Below, in pieces: positions 60,964-64,000 of a DNA stretch of 64,000 nucleotides; the first letter of the stretch is position 1; every line of letters starts with the position of its first letter. The DNA is taken from contig CAWHOE010000010.1 in NCBI GenBank assembly GCA_963830915.1, positions 57,089-121,088 on the forward strand, written 5' to 3'. The notes under the pieces are model-generated. The model was not told the DNA's origin. It did no database searches and saw nothing but the letters and a program-made list of their open reading frames with translations. Position numbers and translations under genes: made by a program. The stretch comes from a candidate division FCPU426 bacterium. GTDB taxonomy: Bacteria; Oederibacteriota; Muellerivitia; Muellerivitales; Muellerivitaceae.

Positions 60964-61302
60964 TTTTTCCTCACATTTCATCCTTCAAGATGATGTGAAC
61001 TATTAAACCCCCACTGAGAAAGAAGAAGAATGTATGGAATTACCCAAGGGATGGATGAAATTGACTGAGGCAGGTGGAATGTACGCAGGTTTTGACGTCG
61101 GCTTGGATGTTCCGGAAAGAAATTGGTAGCCAGGGACACCGACGGGTAAGGGCGGTAAGGTCTTCGGGGATTATTCCTTAATGAGCAACCCGCGAAAAAA
61201 ACAAATCTATTCCCCCATTGATTTTCCAAAAAGAGGTGGGGTAAAGTCTCGCTAATTCAATATATAGAACTTGGCGAATTTGGCACAAGAAAGGGGAGAC
61301 TT

Positions 61303-62145
61303 GTGAAAAGGATCGTTTTGCTGTCGGTGTTTTGCCTTGGTTTGTTCTCGGTCCTGTTATCCACCCAAACCAGTTGCGGTAATAAGACATCGACCAACCC
61401 CACTACCGCGGATACGGCCACCAACACCCCTCAACCCACCAACAGCCCGACGCCCACGGTCAGCAACACCCCCACTAAAACCGCCACCTCGACCGGTACT
61501 CCTACGCTGACAGCGACCGCCACTTCCACAGGCACCCCTACCAATACGGCCACTATTACATCGACCGCCATCTCGACCGGCACGCCTACGCTGACCGCTA
61601 CCTCGACCGCCACCGGCACCCCGACCAACACTGCCACCAACACGGCGACCGCCACTTCCACCGCCACTTTCGTTTGCACTTCGGGAAGCGGCAATATCGG
61701 TTTGAACACGACCGATGAGACCAATACCACGGTATCCGACCATTTGATCGCCTCCCGGTACCAGTTCACCCAGAACGCCCGGGTGACCGATATTCAAGTG
61801 GGGGTTTGCAGTCTTGGAGCGCCGGTAGGAGTCAATGTGGGTATTTACTCCGACGTTTCGGGAGTTCCCGGCACCTTGATCGGATCCATCGCCAGCGGGA
61901 CCGTCGGTACCTGCGGTACTCCCGTGATCATCACCTTCCCGGGGAACGGCATCCCCCTGACACCGGGGTATTACTGGCTCGGCGTCGGGTCACCGGCTCA
62001 GATCACTTTGTATCTAACTTCCAGTACGGGGACCAATATCTCGGGTTATTCAACGGGTGCCGGCAGTTTCCCGGCGAATTTCCCGGGGATGAACTTTTCT
62101 TACTCTTCCGCCCCGCAAATATCCGCCGATTGGGTTTGCCCCTGA
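61303..62145 (+). CDS. Lipoprotein: Thr/Pro stalk plus Cys-bracketed choice-of-anchor-R-like domain
   Basis: GGGGAG RBS, GTG start, lipobox-like [20 protein letters not shown]...LTPGYYWLG, ends WVCP. Confidence 0.78.
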   Translation: MKRIVLLSVFCLGLFSVLLSTQTSCGNKTSTNPTTADTATNTPQPTNSPTPTVSNTPTKTATSTGTPTLTATATSTGTPTNTATITSTAISTGTPTLTATSTATGTPTNTATNTATATSTATFVCTSGSGNIGLNTTDETNTTVSDHLIASRYQFTQNARVTDIQVGVCSLGAPVGVNVGIYSDVSGVPGTLIGSIASGTVGTCGTPVIITFPGNGIPLTPGYYWLGVGSPAQITLYLTSSTGTNISGYSTGAGSFPANFPGMNFSYSSAPQISADWVCP

Positions 62146-62270
62146 CCCGGACGGCCAGACCAAGCAACGCACATTTAACCGCTGGTCGTATTGCGCGCGG
62201 GCTCGATACCCACTATATTTGCACGGTCGGAATGGTCCCTCGCGCCAGGGGAGGCGCCAAAATAGGAGGA

Positions 62271-63627
62271 ATGAAAATGAAACCTTTCTTGACCGTAACT
62301 TTGTTGGGCGTGCTCATCCTGGGAGGCATCCAGGCCTGCGGCGTCCCGAAAAATAATCCCACCAGTCCCCAACCTGTCCCTACGGCTACTTTTACGACCG
62401 TCTCATCGCCCGCCACCAGCACACCCAGCTTCACCCCGACCCTGACCGAGACCCAAACGGGAACCTATACCTCCACCCATTCGCCGACGGCGTCTTTCAC
62501 GCCAACCGTCACCTTCTCGCCCACCCACACCCTTTCCCCCACGATCACCAACACCTTTACCGTCACACCTACCTTCACTTACACCCCCTCGTCCACATCG
62601 ACTTCCACTCCCACTCCAACGGCCACCAACACCCCGACGGATTCGTCTACGGCTTCGTCTACGCTCACCGCGAGCGGAACGCCAACTTTAACCGCTACCG
62701 TGACCGATACGGCCTCTTCCACCAATACCCCGACGAACTCCGCCACGAAAACCCCGACCCACACCGCGACATCCACCGCCACCCATACGGCCACCACGAC
62801 CTTTACGCCCACGTCAACGATCACGCCCCTCTTTAGCTACGTGAATAAGTGGAATTCCGTGGCGGCACCAGGGGGTTTGGCCTGCAGCGGCACTGGCGTT
62901 TATGTGGCGAACGGAGCGTCGGTTTTTGGGTTCAACTCTGTCACTTCTTTCACGACGATCAATTCGACTTGGAGTAGTTATGGATCAACGGCCCTTATTC
63001 AACCCTCGACGGAGGCGGTGAACAGGGTCAATGGACATGTTTACATCGCCGATATCGGGTCCAGCCCCAACCGGGTCTATCAAGTCACTTCCGCCGGGGC
63101 AACGGTGAATGAATCACCCGCTTTTTCGATCCTCTCTGACGTCGAGACCGATTCCAACGGCAATTATTACGCCGTGGATAACGGGGCCATCACGGTATAC
63201 GAATACGACACCAGTCAAACCCTTCTCAAAAGCTTTGGCAAGGCCGGGTCCACCAATCTGTCCAGTCCCACCGCTGTGGCTTTGGACTCTTCGAACAACA
63301 TCTACATCGCCGATTCCGCCAACCTGGCTATCTATGAGTTGTCTTCCCTCACGGGCAACGCCTTGCTTCACACCTGGACCTTGCCCGCCGGCGCGTATAT
63401 CTATCAAATGGCGGTCAACGCCTCCGGGACAGTTCTTCGCGGCGGATGGGACGAATAACGTGGTGGATGAATTCCTTCCCGGCTCCACGGTCGTCACGAA
63501 CCAATGGAATGGAACGCAAGGCGGGGGGACGGCTTTCACCGGTCTGGACGGGCTATGCGTCCTCCCCAGCGGCAATATCCTGACGGCCGACAGTACAACG
63601 GGTTACCTGCAAGAATTCGTCCCCTGA
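62271..63627 (+). pseudogene. Lipoprotein: Thr/Pro stalk plus NHL beta-propeller, frameshifted near 63427 (likely sequence error)
   Basis: AGGAGG RBS, ATG 62271, lipobox IQAC, PTAVALDSSNNIYIADS. Removing one G from TCC GGG ACA joins the last blades GQFFAADG...YLQEFVP (ORF 63109-63627). Confidence 0.75.
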
Positions 63628-63793
63628 TCCAAAGGGGCGGTACTTTTTCTGCCCCGATCCACATTTATCGAATAGCAAAAGCCTTGCGGGGTCCTATAAT
63701 GGCCCCCGACTTAACCGGCAAATTTGTCGGATTGTGTGGCCGGTTAGGGTCCTATCACGCGGAAAGTCTCAACCATCCTAGGGAGGTCAGTCG

Positions 63794-64000
63794 ATGAAGA
63801 TCAATTTTGGCGGAGTTAACGAGCAGATCGTCACAAGGGGCGAGTTTTCCCTGAAGAAAGCGAAGGCGGTCCTGAAGAAAGAGACGATCGCCGTTCTGGG
63901 TTACGGTATCCAAGGGAGCGCTCAAGCGCTGAACATGAGGGATCAAGGTTTCAAGGTCATCGTGGCCGAGTTGGAAGGCACCAACAACTATAAAAAAGCG
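63794..64000 (+). CDS. ilvC: Ketol-acid reductoisomerase, 5' part (truncated by window edge)
   Basis: GGAGG RBS, MKINFGGVNEQIVTRGEF...TIAVLGYGIQGSAQALNMRDQG (Bacteroidota/fungal Ilv5-type N-terminus). Confidence 0.92.
   Translation, partial: MKINFGGVNEQIVTRGEFSLKKAKAVLKKETIAVLGYGIQGSAQALNMRDQGFKVIVAELEGTNNYKKA

Noticed and set aside
63699..63797. Possible ilvC attenuator leader peptide (MAPDLTGKFVGLCGRLGS...) and hairpin TAACCGGC...GCCGGTTA
   Set aside because: Not enriched in Ile/Leu/Val runs, no RBS, no U-tract terminator. The hairpin alone does not support a riboswitch or attenuator call.

Overview
Gene-dense 64-kb bacterial chromosomal segment from a diderm, probably anaerobic or facultative organism. 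No rRNA, tRNA, CRISPR array, integrase or transposase was recognised. Housekeeping and metabolic genes include a membrane sulfatase-like enzyme truncated at the left edge, trpB2, an RluA-family pseudouridine synthase, a four-subunit 2-oxoacid:ferredoxin oxidoreductase operon and ilvC truncated at the right edge. A phosphate/polyphosphate island holds polyP glucokinase, PHP and PAP2 phosphatases, PhoP/PhoR, Ppx/GppA and two tandem thymidylate-kinase-like genes, with candidate Pho boxes. The dominant theme is a modular surface/secreted protein system. Nine signal-peptide proteins carry Thr/Pro-rich stalks and a C-terminal FlgD-Ig/T9SS-CTD-like sorting domain, one of them directly followed by a PorV/PorQ-family barrel gene. 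Six lipoproteins carry the same stalk at the N-terminus and lack the CTD. Among the CTD proteins is a four-gene operon (GH64+malectin, an unrecognised lysozyme/GH23-like protein, a GxGYxYP protein with lectin modules, and a GH18 chitinase) that looks like a secreted fungal cell wall lysis kit. Its linkers and CTDs show signs of module shuffling. Four genes carry frameshifts in short homopolymers, probably read or assembly errors. All family assignments come from motif recognition by eye, not database searches.
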